Of a stretch of 64,000 nucleotides of DNA, positions 13,381 through 28,018 are shown one piece after another. The stretch lies in the NCBI RefSeq assembly GCF_009914755.1, contig NC_060927.1. One strand, written 5' to 3'. The first letter of the stretch is position 1, and each line of letters begins with the position of its first letter. Below the pieces are notes generated by a model. It saw only the letters and a program-made list of their open reading frames with translations. It was not told where the DNA came from and ran no database searches. The position numbers were made by a program, and so were the translations under genes. The stretch is from the human T2T-CHM13v2.0 reference genome, Homo sapiens.

Positions 13381-15119
13381 AATATTAAGCCACTATTATA
13401 AGTCCTTTCTGTTAATCAGCAGAAACAAAAAGAAGTATAAAATAATGGTACATTAAATGAACTTAAACACTTGTATGTCATTTTGTGCTAAAGTTATGAA
13501 GCTGAAAAGATTGAATTGACATTTTCCCCATTGATAGAAATCATCTCAAAAATGCTCCATCTTCCTTGTGAAAGCCAAAGGCCAGCAGTTTCCACATACC
13601 CAGCATCTGATAAGTAGTTAATGATCCAGAAATAAACTGTTAGGTGCTTCAGGGAATTTCTGTGTATAGAGAAGTTCCATGTAAATATTTCTCCGAGAGG
13701 TGGATGGAGAATGATAATTCACTTTTACCCTCTGAATTTGATTTATAAGCTTCACCTATCTGGCAGGAGATAAGAACCAAAGTTAACTGAGGAGAAAAAA
13801 AATAAATGATTTCAAGTGACCATGATCTTCAGCTGGAACCAGTTGAAACTGCAAAGCAACTGGGCTGAAGAAGTTCAGCCAAAATTATTTGTTTATAAAA
13901 ACTAGAGAGTGTTAGATATTTCTATCACATTGGCTTATTTGAAATTTCTGCTGGCTCAAATGAAATTGTATTCTTCTATTTCCTACTGCGGGGTTCCTTC
14001 CCTAACCACAATTGCTTTTGGATTGGAGACTTGTAACTTTGAGAACAAGAGCCTCAGCTTAGCTAGCTGGAAGAACCAGAGGAGAGTTTTAATATCTCCT
14101 GAAGAAAGAAAAGCACTAACACGGTTATTATAGTTCAGGACAAGTGGAGTCAAAGTTGACAGTTTCTGACTTGAACAGTTTTGTTGCTGGTAATAAAAGC
14201 AGAAGTCACGTGCTGAACGTGAAGGTGAGCAGAGGAGAACTTGCGATGGCAAAGTTAAAAACAAGAGGAGATGATGGTCTTGGTGTGGCACAGGATGTTA
14301 AAAAAATTCTCCTGTCCTTAAGGAGTTACTGCTATTTGAGTAATGTGCCACTTCCCTACATAGCCTTCTATGCAGAAATGCTATATTTCCACTTCACAAC
14401 CCAGAACGTGCATTTTATTTTACATTTAGAGGAGGAACAAACAACCAGAAGGCAAAAACTGGTGCATTATTTTTTGCAATTCTCTTGGAAAGAGTTCGTT
14501 TTTAACTTCTGCTCAGACAGCACACAACTACTGGGAATATATTTTAATTTCAAATCTGATGTGTGACATCTGGTAACTCATTTATTGCTAATGAAGTTTT
14601 CACAGGAAGCAGCAGTCACCAGTAGCTCATCTTATTTTTCAGTTGGCAAAGTGTTGTTTACCTTTTATTGGCCTGGCATCGGTGTCTCTTATCACAGGAT
14701 ATTTAATTAGAAAACGCAAGTAGCCTAACATAGAAAAGAAATGGAGTGGTAGATAATAGTAGATAGAATGGTCTAAATATTTTTATTACAGTGATGTAAT
14801 ATCACTGTAATTTATGTTTAAAAATTATGTAATACTCAAAAGGAATTCTCAGAGCTGGCGAAACAGTCTGGTCCAAGCAGCCTCTCAGCAGTGCCTTTCA
14901 GCCTCCCCTCTCTGAGTCTTTCCACCCCTTGCTGGTACTTTAGTTTCTTCCACTTCTAGCACCACGTGTAGTTTCCCAATTTCTCTTACCCAAATTTGCT
15001 CGCAGGGAAAAAAATAAATTAAATTAGCCATTTACACCACAGTGTGAACTTAATAACACCAACAAAAGTTCCAAAGCTCTAGGGTCTCATAGCACCTCCA
15101 GATCCATGATCTCATTCGG

Positions 15120-15330
15120 TGTTTCCAACAATGTTTTGCACCAAACTGGACACATGCTTGCTACTTCATCATCCTCATCGTGAACATTATTATTATTATC
15201 ATCATTTTCCAGATGAAGAAAATGAATCACAAGTCAACTGACAGTCCAAAGGCTCCACAGCTCAGAGGAGGTAAATCATGTGCTTAATTCAGAACTTTTG
15301 GCTCCCATCACTATGCTCTTCCCACTGTCT
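15120..15330 (-). mobile_element. MIR SINE (antisense to AGTR1) hosting the 58-nt exon
   Basis: attattatcatcattttccagatgaagaaaatgaatcac...aactgacagtccaaaggctccacagct...ttggctccca...tgctcttcccactg parallels the antisense MIR core attattatccccattttacagatgaggaaactgaggc...aacttgcccaaggtcacacagct...ctggctccaga...tgctcttaaccact. Confidence 0.8.
15213..15270 (+). other. AGTR1: AGTR1 alternative 58-nt 5' exon (classical exon 3) with in-frame ATGs
   Basis: atcattttccAG|ATGAAGAAAATGAAT...CAGAGGAG|GTaaat. 58+47=105 nt = 35 open codons in frame with the CDS. The second ATG (15222) gives the 32-aa extension I recall for the long AT1R isoform. Confidence 0.9.
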
Positions 15331-15694
15331 TAACTCTGGTTGTCACCTGAGCCATTGTGTTTCTTCTCAGGTAGATCTTAGTTCTTCCTGAGAAGGTATG
15401 AAGGTGGGTATTCCACCCTACCTGAATTATAGGAATTTCAGATATCTGTGAGCAGCTGCAAAGGGGATTTTACTAGATGACATCCTGCTGGGCACACTTT
15501 ACGCCAGTCCTGAATGTGTAATAGAAATCTGCAGTTTAATGAGTAAGTTTCTCATATTCAGTTTTTGATGCTTCATAAATGTTAAATGAAAACATTTTAG
15601 CTGAGGGTACTTTTGTTGTTTGTTGGATTGGTTTTGCCTGTTCATCAGGATTATCAGCATTTAAGCCAGAGTTGCAAATTAAGTTGCCTACAGG

Positions 15695-15882
15695 GCAGTG
15701 CTTTTCAAATATTAGTGTGTATCAGAATTACCTGGAGGGCTCATTAAAAACAGCTTGCCGAACCCCACCCACAGAGTTTCTGATTCAGTAGGTCTGTGGT
15801 GGGGCCAGAGATTTACATCTCTAACAAATTTCTGGGTGATGCTGATGCTGTTGTTTCAGGGACCACACTTTCAGAACCATTG
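15695..15882. mobile_element. MER5A-like DNA transposon
   Basis: cagtgcttttcaaa...tcagaattacctggagggctcattaaaa...ttctgattcagtaggtctg...gatgctgatgctg...gggaccacactttcagaaccattg. Confidence 0.85.
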
Positions 15883-15925
15883 CTAGAGGGGCCAACTAGG
15901 GGACGTCTGTGAGTAAAAGCACCTA

Positions 15926-16228
15926 CACTGTGCTTCCAGTACAGCAGCCAGCCCCAGTGTGATGAGCACTTGAAATGTCGCTAGTGTAACTGAGGTGTCC
16001 TGGAAGCATACATTATACCCTGGGTTTTGAAGACATGGTACAAAAAATGTAAAATATCTTAATAATTTTATATGGATTACATGTTGAAATGACAGTAGTT
16101 TGGATATATTGGATTAAATATTTTATCAAAATTAATTTTACCTGTTCCTTTTTACATGTCAAATGTTTTTAATAGAAAAATTACAATTATATATGTGTCT
16201 CACTTTCTATTTCTTTTGGACAGCACTG
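15926..16228. mobile_element. MER33/MER3-like (Charlie1 derivative) DNA transposon
   Basis: gagcacttgaaatgtcgctagtgtaactgag...gattacatgttgaaatga...ttggatatattggattaaata...ttggacagcactg (terminal inverted repeat). Confidence 0.75.
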
Positions 16229-17665
16229 AACTAAAGAACCAGAAAATAGAGGGGTGTATTAGTGAACTACAGAAAATTCAAGTCCCAAAAGCTGTAAATA
16301 CTCTGAGGACCAAAGAAAATATATACGTTGTTCAGATTTGCCCTGAGGGGTCAGTTTGTACCCAAACATTTGCTGCCACAAGTAGTAAATGTAGAAGCAA
16401 TCCAATATCTACTATTTTACTTTTCTTTCAGGGTTAATCAAGTGCCTTGTTATAATTCTTCAAACTAAAAACATTATTATAATAATGAAAAATATTTCTG
16501 CTGAACTTCCGAATAAAAAAATTTAGTAATATTTTGAAAGTCTGAGCTTTATTTAATTCATTTTACTTACCCTTGTATTATAGAACAATTATATTTTTAA
16601 AAATGCTTTTATGTCTTCCAAAGAACTTTTTATTTTTAGCAGTCCATGAAATAGAGGTGAGAACAGGTGTTGGTATTCTCATTCTAAATATCTTGTAATA
16701 TTTAAAGGAAACCAAAGTGAAAGATTAAATTGCCATGTAAGATTGTGTTGCCGGTTACTGGCAGAGCAGACTCTTTGCCAGGACAGCAGTCCAGTGCTTT
16801 CTCTTCCAGGCTGTTCTGCTCTTCCTCAATTTTTACAGCATTTTTATGTTAATCAATAAATAAATAAAAAGTAAAGAACTATAATGCATACAAAACTGTG
16901 ATGGAAGAAAAGGAAACTATGTGATAAAATCAAATAAATATGAACCTTATAGCTTTAGTTTTCTTAGAACAGAGGCCCTTTAACTTCAGAATGTTGAAAC
17001 CTTCTCTTGAAGTTCTCTTATAATACTCTGCCCTCACCTCTGTGTTTTTATCTGGGCAATTAGACCACATTAACTAATTGCTAAACTTTAAAAAGTTGTA
17101 TTTTCTTACAAAGAATCTGAGAATAGGGTTGATTTTCTATGTTATTTTAACAGTATCACATTGCGCCCCCCTCTTCACAGGACCATGTAATCTTGACTCT
17201 CTAACTTCATGGCAAGCTTTTAATTTTGATTTTCAACCATGTTCCAAACTGTACTCTTTGACCTGGTAGTGTCAATAAATAACGTAAGGGATGTCTGACA
17301 GGCTTACAGCCTTTGGCCATAAATGGAATGAAACAAAGTAGTCCAGATAGGGCTCAAACTCATAACATTGACCTCGTTAGTCTAGAACCACAACCAGCTA
17401 TCCAAATGTGCCTGGGAAATATTTCTTTGAGTAATAGTTAATTTTTTAAAAGAAAGAAAAAAACCTGTGACTATGATAATCTTATGTTGAGTTTCTTTAT
17501 TCATCTTGAGTAAACAGTAAATTTTTTTCACTTTGTTGTTTCAATACAAAGAGTTCTTGTGTTTAATATAGAATATTATTAAATTAGTGTGGGATTAAAA
17601 ATATTTAGATAGCTGATTTAACAATATGTGATAGCATTAATCAACTGCCTTGTTATAATTCTTGA

Positions 17666-18069
<404 letters not shown>

Positions 18070-20349
18070 CGGAAAATTTTTTTAAGAGTATAACCAACTC
18101 CCCGAGGATACAGGGGTCCAGGGAAGCTAAATGACTGCTTCAAGGTCACCCAGCTAGTGAGTGGGAAAGCTAAAATTAGAACCTCAGTCCGCTCCCACAT
18201 TTTCCACCAATTTGCAAGCTATCGTTAAAGAATATTTCTTCTGCAATCAGAACATTGAGCAATTTGGAAAAACGTGTACAGTATATCGAATATTCTAGCT
18301 TCATTTAAAATTTATGGTTATGTGGCTTGTATAATGTTAAAAGCTTTAATCTAAAATGAATTGCCATGTGGCCAATAACCCTAACATAATACTCATAATG
18401 CATATAAATTCTCTAATATTATCATAATTTCTTAAGGGTACAAATTAATTAGTACCTCTTTTCCTGCCCAATAACTTTCTTCACACCCCTTAAAATGGAA
18501 TTTGAAATGAGATAAACAGTTGCTGCTGCTGAATTAAAGTTTCAAAGAAATAAAAGTGAGGTGGCTTCATATACAAAATCTGTAGTTTTGTTCACAAATT
18601 GGATGAAGCAATTGTTATTGACTAAGCCCATATTGGTGCTGCCCTTTTCTCTGTTGAAAAGAAAAGCTTGTGAGTAGTCTCCAAGAGCCATATTATTAAA
18701 AATGATGTTTCCTCCCCATGATGGCTGAGATACTAATCCATTGAAATGTGGCGATAATTCTTGTGAGAAAATTCTATGAGTCTATAAGTTTGAAGAATTT
18801 AGAAGTGTAAGAGGACAGGGGTTCATTTACTTACAGGCCTTCTTCCAAGTTAGGTTTTATTTTCCTTTTCTCCTAGTCTCTGGAGTCTCCTCTCTCCAGA
18901 CACCCTGGAAAGCCATTCATGGCCTTTCATATTTAACATAAGAGTATTTAATACTAACACTAACATGTCGAAGGAAGATGTTTAAAGCATGTGAATTAGA
19001 CTTGATCATATATGTTTCATTGGCACCTGTTTCTCTACTTTTTGGAATAAAATAAAAACGACAAAAACAGCTAAGAATTTTGGATAGTGATGTGGGTGGG
19101 AGGGATTGGGGCATTCATCACAACTGAGTTGTTTAATTTATAGTAAGTGGGAACTTTTAGAGTTGAGAGAAGTTTAATTGTAGTTTAGAGTTTCATTATT
19201 AGACAGTAGTCTTAAACAATTCCCAAGAAGCTAAAATGTGGGATTAACATTTTACTTTCATTGTAATTCATATCCTAAATATAAATGTTAATATAAATTA
19301 TAAAGTTTCTGAATTTCCTTTCATAAAACTGGGTTCTTTGGGTTCTTAGTTATTTTGGATGAAACAAGGGGAGGGCTAGTTGGAAATGATGGAACATTTA
19401 ACCACTGTCACCACAGTTAGTCACAATTGGTACATGCAGAATTAATAAAGCAGCTTGCCTTGTTTTTATTTCTTGTGAGGTCAGATGACAGTGGATGATA
19501 TTGACTTGGGAAGATGGCCAGAAGCCACTATTTACCATGTACATATATCAGAGAGCCATTTATTAAGTTTGAGGAGATTGGATCTTAAGTACTTAATTAG
19601 AATGACATTAATAATTTTAATAAAATGTTTTGCATTGAGAGAACTATTCACTCAGAAATAGCAGGGGTGAACAAAATCATCTCCAAAGAAATCATTTAAC
19701 ATGAAGTTAGTCTAGGATTACCAACCAAGAGCATGGCATTCTCCCATGTATCTGACTTAAAAGCAATACTTGTCTCTTGCCCCATGGTGCCAGGTGGTCT
19801 GCCATGCTTCCCTCTTCGTGGCTGCCAGGATTCCCAGTATAGAGGCAAATACAACCTGTAAAGGCTCAAATGCTTCATCAAAAGCCATGACTATAATCCA
19901 AAGCTATTAGGTTTAAGCAACTTATTTGGAAATTATCACCTTCAAATAACACGTAGGGCAACCTCAGTAGAGATGAAATGGACGAAGCAGGCATGGAAAC
20001 TGCCCTTCCTGCCTTAAATACAGAATGCCAGATCACAGCTCTGAATAAAAGTTAAGACCACATTGGGCCAGATCAGGACTAACACTAGATACACAGCTGA
20101 GATACAGTTCCAGTGACTTTGGCAGTGTGAAAGTCAGGACCACTAGGCACATATACTGAAGGCAATTTAAGCTGTGTTTCCTGATTAAAGCCAGGGACTG
20201 AAAAATCACTACCTATTCATGATGAAAGACTAGAAAACTTCTGAAGACCAGACAGAGTTTGAGAGTGGTATAGTTACTAATCTACTAAATACTGCAAATA
20301 TATAGTATCTGCAAATATATATATAAGGTTGAAAACTAAGCTCAGAAAT

Positions 20350-20720
20350 GAGCATTAAAAGCTTTTCCAGATCAAGGGAGTGCTGTACCCCCAAGCTGAG
20401 GTTTCATAGGCTACCATCATCCAGGCACTCAGTCTTCCCAAGCAAGTTAATTCCCACCAAAAATGAACACAGTCAAAGATTACAAAACCTAAGCAGAAGT
20501 CCATTATCAAGAAACAGTGTCCACAAGTGCAATAAATATAATTTATACCTGAGGAACTATAAATAGTAAAGCAATTGGGTAGGGGCTCTTAACAGACAGA
20601 TATTCAAAATGTTAAGGAAAATAAAAGAAGAAGTAGACTTCGTAAAATAGGAACAGAGGGCTAAGAAATAAGAACAAGTAGATCTGAAAAAGAAACGAGT
20701 AAAAAGCCTAGAAATATTAG
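20350..20720 (+). mobile_element. Probable highly diverged L1M ORF1-region fragment
   Basis: A-rich aaaatgaacacagtcaaagattacaaaacc...aaaatgttaaggaaaataaaagaag...gatctgaaaaagaaac...cctagaaat. Boundaries are uncertain. Confidence 0.4.
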
Positions 20721-21559
20721 TGCCAATTTCTATGGGTCAATGATTTCACAAGTGAATAGCTAACAGTTATTTCCTGTGGCCTTACTTGGCAGAGAGAGGT
20801 GGGGGAAGCAACATAGGAGCAGAAACAGTTCCTTTCTAAGTCTGACTTATAAAATAGGAACAATAAAGACAACAGTTTATTGAACAGGATGGTTTATTGA
20901 GCTGTCCAGCACTATAAGCAAATGGCTTACAAACATTTTCCTACTCTTTTTGATGCTTGAGAGAGATACTTTGATAGAAGATTATTCCAAAATATAATTA
21001 CTTGGTCATTTAGTTCTCTCTTTATTATCATAGGAAACTATGGGGAATTTTTTTTTCTTTAGATTGCAAACTAGTTTTAAAAAGAGCTTGTAATGAACAA
21101 TTTAATTAGATTGGTTTTGGCTTGCCTAAAAGCTTAAGAAGGTATTAATATTCTAATCAAAAGTCTTGGGAAAGCATTCTTAGAATAAAAAAAGGAAAGA
21201 AAATCTTCATTCTTATGCTTTAAGAACCAGGAAAGCTGTCAAAGGATATAAGGTAACTCTTACAAAAGCAATTGTAAAATAAACGTGGTTTGGCCACAAT
21301 GAGCCAACACCTATGTTTGCCACAGACTTAGGTTCCCACCTCACTCATGGCAAATTTATTCAGCTGCTTAAGATTATTTTTTACTCATACTTCGAAAGAA
21401 CAACAGCCTGGAATTTTTAGACTTTTAATGGCAATGGAAGGAACTTACCTATGATAAACATTTTTCTTTACTCTCACGCTTTCTTAACCCATGGCTGTTC
21501 TGAGTCAATGTTTGCCTTGCATTCAAAAAATAATAGTAAAGATTCAAGTAAAACATATT

Positions 21560-21790
21560 CATTAAGCACTATTTGAAAGATATACCAAGTGCTTTAACAT
21601 TATCTCACTTTATTCCTACAAAGATCATGTGCAATAAATATCACTGTTCATGTTTCCTACAGATGAAAAAAAACTGAGGGTCATGTTCAGAGAAATTGGA
21701 TGACTTACCCAGAGCCACATAGATTTGTACGTGGCAAAGGAGGATTCCATTTCAAGTCTTTCAACCCCAAATTCATCTTCCTTTCTCTAA
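21560..21790 (-). mobile_element. MIR SINE (antisense)
   Basis: cattatctcactttattcctaca...tgtttcctacagatgaaaaaaaaactgaggg...tgacttacccagagccacatag. Confidence 0.8.
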
Positions 21791-23914
21791 GGGGACATGG
21801 TGCTATGGAATTCATGTAAGCCACAGAGCTTGGATAAAAGGAATAGTAAGACCAAAAATAGGAAAAGTAGGAAGAGGTGGATCCTCCTATGTTTTTAATC
21901 AGGGTTCTATCTACCTATAACTCTTCTGGGAAAAGAAGCAGGATGTGACTGAAACATAGCTGCTTTCTAGATCTCACAAATCTGGCTTTTCTAGTCAATC
22001 ACATCTCTCTCTCCTTCGGCTTCTCACCAAACCAGCATCCGTTCAGCTTCAAAGAAAAAACAGCCCTACTGTTTCCCACTCATTTATCATCAATCTAAAG
22101 TAACTGCCAATCACAAAAGTCCCATCTTTATTTCTTTCCTTAGAAACAAATTTCTCTAGGGAAGCTTATCAGTAGCAGAAGTGCAGACTGGGAAATGGCC
22201 TATGTCACCCTCCCATCTAGAAATGCCCAGTGCACATCCAGATCCCACACCCCCAAGAGCTTTGTGCAATATCTGTTAATTTATGAGAGCTGTTTCCCAT
22301 AGATGATGCTGCAGGCATTAGTAAGGAGGGCAAAGTTCAAGTGATGACACCATCTCTACTCCACCTGGCTGGTTTCCAGGTGCCATCTCCTGATCCCTCT
22401 CCCCACCCCCACTGCCCTCTCACCATCCTTCCCCCAAACCCAACACTCCCCACCAATCTGGGTCAGTGATAAACACAGAGTATTCCACATGCCTCTGATA
22501 TGATGTAACATTCGACACACTAAAGATAATACTGCCTTTAAGGCTCCTGTCCCCCTGGCTAGACTTAAACTGTGTAGAGGAGGAGAACTGTGACTTTATT
22601 CCCCTTGCATCCTGGACACCCACACATGGTAGGTGTTCAGTGAATATGTGATGAGTTGGTGAATACCCACTGAATGTGCTATTTGCATTGCTACTTCCTT
22701 GTGCTTCCTTCCACTGTTTCTATCGCCTAAAATTCTTCTCCCTTTTTCCTCCACCCTCGAGTAGGAAAAAATTTGTTTCTTTATTGGGCAGGGAGTTCTG
22801 GTCATTATACATTTATGTAAAATGTTCTTCTAATTGGCATATTCCATGCTATGTCCAGATTCTTTCAAGCGAATTCTCATTAAGGTAATAATACCTCACC
22901 GAAGTTTCCAGGGATGATCCCCTAGCTGTTCAAAGCTACCTTTTATATATTAAATACCAGTCAATATGAATCAATGGTAACTGAAAAAAAGGCTGATAGC
23001 TTGTGAAGGAGTTGGAGTACAAAACTATGCCTATAAATTGATCCTCACAAAGGCAGACTTTTTCCCACAGAAATTGTATTATGAATGCTAGTTATAGTTT
23101 GAGACTAGTTAATAAAATTCTACTCACTCCAAACATAGGATTAATGGAACCCACATGAGTTGTGTGCTGTCAAAGTCGAGTCAAGAGGAGAGAGAAGGAG
23201 AAGAAAATTTCCTCCCTGTTCTCATAGCTCAGGGCACCCAAGGGATTCTAGAGCGTAAAGTGTACTCCCTTCTATTTTTTACTGCCCTTATTCCCAAGCT
23301 GAACCAAATATTTACCTCTGCCCTCATTTTCAGTTATGGAGTTCACTCAGGCCCTTTTCAACCTTCGAGGTTCCTTAACCTTTACATTATTAATTCTTTT
23401 TCTAAGCAAAATCCAGCTGATCTCTACTAGATGGTTAAAAGGATAGTAAATAGGTAAATTAATCCACATTAAGCCACAAATGACTGCTAGCCCTAACCCT
23501 TTAATGACTAATTAATTTTTAATAAAGAATATGTGTCTATATAAATGAATTTATACTTCTAAGTTGGCATAAGTTCAGAAAAAATAGTAAGATGAACTGG
23601 AAAATCTACAAGGTATAGGGAAATCCTCTGGGTGAGGAAGAACTAGTCATACCTCCCTAAAAGCCTAGCCCTAGTTTCTGTTACATTATTTCTTCTTTTC
23701 ATCTTCTGTTTTCTAAACCACAAGTTTCTAAAAGCACCAAGGAATTTTCTACCTGTTTATTTCGTTTTGTTTTTGTTTCTGTTTTTTTGTCCAAGGTGAG
23801 GCCCAAGTTGACACTGAGTATTCTCTGTGAAACTCTGCAAGGAGCAACATGTGATTTCACAGAAATTAGTCTCGATACACTATATTCATGGCTGTAAGTT
23901 CTATGCTGCTCACC

Positions 23915-24560
<646 letters not shown>

Positions 24561-24829
24561 AAAAGGAACAATAATGAGGACATGCAACCAAAAACTTACA
24601 TAGGGAGAACAACTTTACTTACTCAGGGAAGGCAAAGAGACCACTTAAGAACTCCTTCACATGTGTTATGTCTTAAAAGCTGACTACTGGAGTTGTATCC
24701 CTTGCACAGCATCCCTTTGCACCAAAGTGAACACTACTCTAAGAACATGTGTTCAGCTCTCCTGAATGCCAAGCACAACCATGCTTGGCATGGCAGTGGT
24801 GTCTTATTTCTGCTCCTCTTTTTCCCCAG

Positions 24830-24986
24830 GGCATGCCATTGCAAGAGAATGCTCAGCCATGTTCATCTGGGGACCTGCTCCTGGCAGAGCAATAGGATCT
24901 GTGTGCCCAGCACCACTGCCCACCTAGCTGTCCTGGCCTGTGCCCAATGCTGACCTTCACCTCAGAGTGTGGCTGTACCACATTCG
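24830..24986 (+). other. AGTR1: AGTR1 alternative 157-nt 5' exon
   Basis: Long pyrimidine tract tcttatttctgctcctctttttccccAG|GGCATG and a weak donor CATTCG|GTgatg. ATG at 24947 is in frame with the CDS after splicing (40+47=87 nt, 29 aa). The size fits my recollection of a minor AGTR1 exon. Confidence 0.75.
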
Positions 24987-25951
24987 GTGATGTCACTCTC
25001 ACTGAACCTTCAGCCTCCTTCCTGGGACTTCCTGATGGACTGTTATCCAGGGCAGAATGTGTTGATTTTCTAAATCACATAAATGAATAGCTTGACTGTT
25101 GATTATGTAGAAAATCAGAGCAAATATTTGCATGGCTTTGTGCAGCCCATTCTTGAGCATCTGATTCTCCCCAGAATTCTAAAAAACCTGCTGCTTTCTC
25201 AAGCCCTCAGTAAAGACATGCTTTCTTGATAATCCTAGCCAAACCTATTCATTTGACATCTTTGTTACACAAATGGTTAACCACAGAGTTAACTTCAGAA
25301 ATGGCTGGCAGGTATGAAGGTTAGAAGATTCATGCACTTTTGCTAGACTGAATTGGAAGTTAAAGAGTAAGTAGTTACTGACTGCAGAGGCCTGGAAAAC
25401 CATGGAAAAAATCCTATTCCTCAAAGTCGAGCCCTACCTCCTACGCCTCTTAAATCAATTGCCACAGTGACCAATTTGTCAGTCACCTAAAGGCAGCTAT
25501 CCTGACCACTTAAGGGAGAATACTTATAATCTTTATACCTAAGTAAAGATTGTGAGAGGAAAGAAATGGTTTAAAGAATATGAATGTGTCACACTTCTGA
25601 GGTTAATGATAAATGAATTGGTCCTGCTTACCTCAGGAAAAACTTTCAAGTCTTTCTGAAAAACTAATTTAATTCAGTAGTATTTTCTAAGATTTAGGTT
25701 ATGTTTTTAATCAATTTGGAAACCAAGATTTACTTATAGAAAAAAAGGAAAAGGACCTAGATAGGTTTATTCACATAGAATCCCAATTTCACTTCTCTGG
25801 ATGATACCATTTTCTACAAAAGCAATTATGTTCTAAAATTTAAGTGTGCTTTCTTAGGCTTTATCAGTTCACAGTGTTTCCTTAAGAAATATGATCCAGT
25901 ATTTTTTCCTAAGACTAAAGTTGAGTTACTACGTTTATGACTGAGAAATGA

Positions 25952-27145
<1,194 letters not shown>

Positions 27146-27227
27146 CATGTTCGAAACCTGTCCATAAAGTAATTTTGTGAAAGAAGGAGCAAGAGAACAT
27201 TCCTCTGCAGCACTTCACTACCAAATG

Positions 27228-27234
27228 AGCCTTA
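27228..27234 (+). promoter_or_regulatory. miR-155 target site in the 3'UTR, here in the disrupted 1166C form (rs5186 position 27231)
   Basis: Base 1166 counted from ATG 26066 is 27231 = C. The sequence reads AGCCTTA instead of the miR-155 seed match AGCATTA and creates a DdeI site CTTAG. Confidence 0.88.
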
Positions 27235-28012
27235 GCTACTTTTCAGAATTGAAGGAGAAAATGCATTATGTGGACTGAACCGACTTTTCTAAAGCTCTGA
27301 ACAAAAGCTTTTCTTTCCTTTTGCAACAAGACAAAGCAAAGCCACATTTTGCATTAGACAGATGACGGCTGCTCGAAGAACAATGTCAGAAACTCGATGA
27401 ATGTGTTGATTTGAGAAATTTTACTGACAGAAATGCAATCTCCCTAGCCTGCTTTTGTCCTGTTATTTTTTATTTCCACATAAAGGTATTTAGAATATAT
27501 TAAATCGTTAGAGGAGCAACAGGAGATGAGAGTTCCAGATTGTTCTGTCCAGTTTCCAAAGGGCAGTAAAGTTTTCGTGCCGGTTTTCAGCTATTAGCAA
27601 CTGTGCTACACTTGCACCTGGTACTGCACATTTTGTACAAAGATATGCTAAGCAGTAGTCGTCAAGTTGCAGATCTTTTTGTGAAATTCAACCTGTGTCT
27701 TATAGGTTTACACTGCCAAAACAATGCCCGTAAGATGGCTTATTTGTATAATGGTGTTACTAAAGTCACATATAAAAGTTAAACTACTTGTAAAGGTGCT
27801 GCACTGGTCCCAAGTAGTAGTGTCTTCCTAGTATATTAGTTTGATTTAATATCTGAGAAGTGTATATAGTTTGTGGTAAAAAGATTATATATCATAAAGT
27901 ATGCCTTCCTGTTTAAAAAAAGTATATATTCTACACATATATATATATGTATATCTATATCTCTAAACTGCTGTTAATTGATTAAAATCTGGCAAAGTTA
28001 TATTTACTTTAA

Positions 28013-28018
28013 AATAAA
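28013..28018 (+). terminator. Polyadenylation signal AATAAA of AGTR1
   Basis: AATAAA about 870 nt after the stop, followed by T-rich sequence. Variant ATTAAA at 27981-27986 and another AATAAA at 28220-28225. Confidence 0.75.

Noticed and set aside
14144-14566. 140-aa intronic ORF
   Set aside because: It starts at GTG, has no recognisable domain and has no convincing splice context. Its length is compatible with chance.
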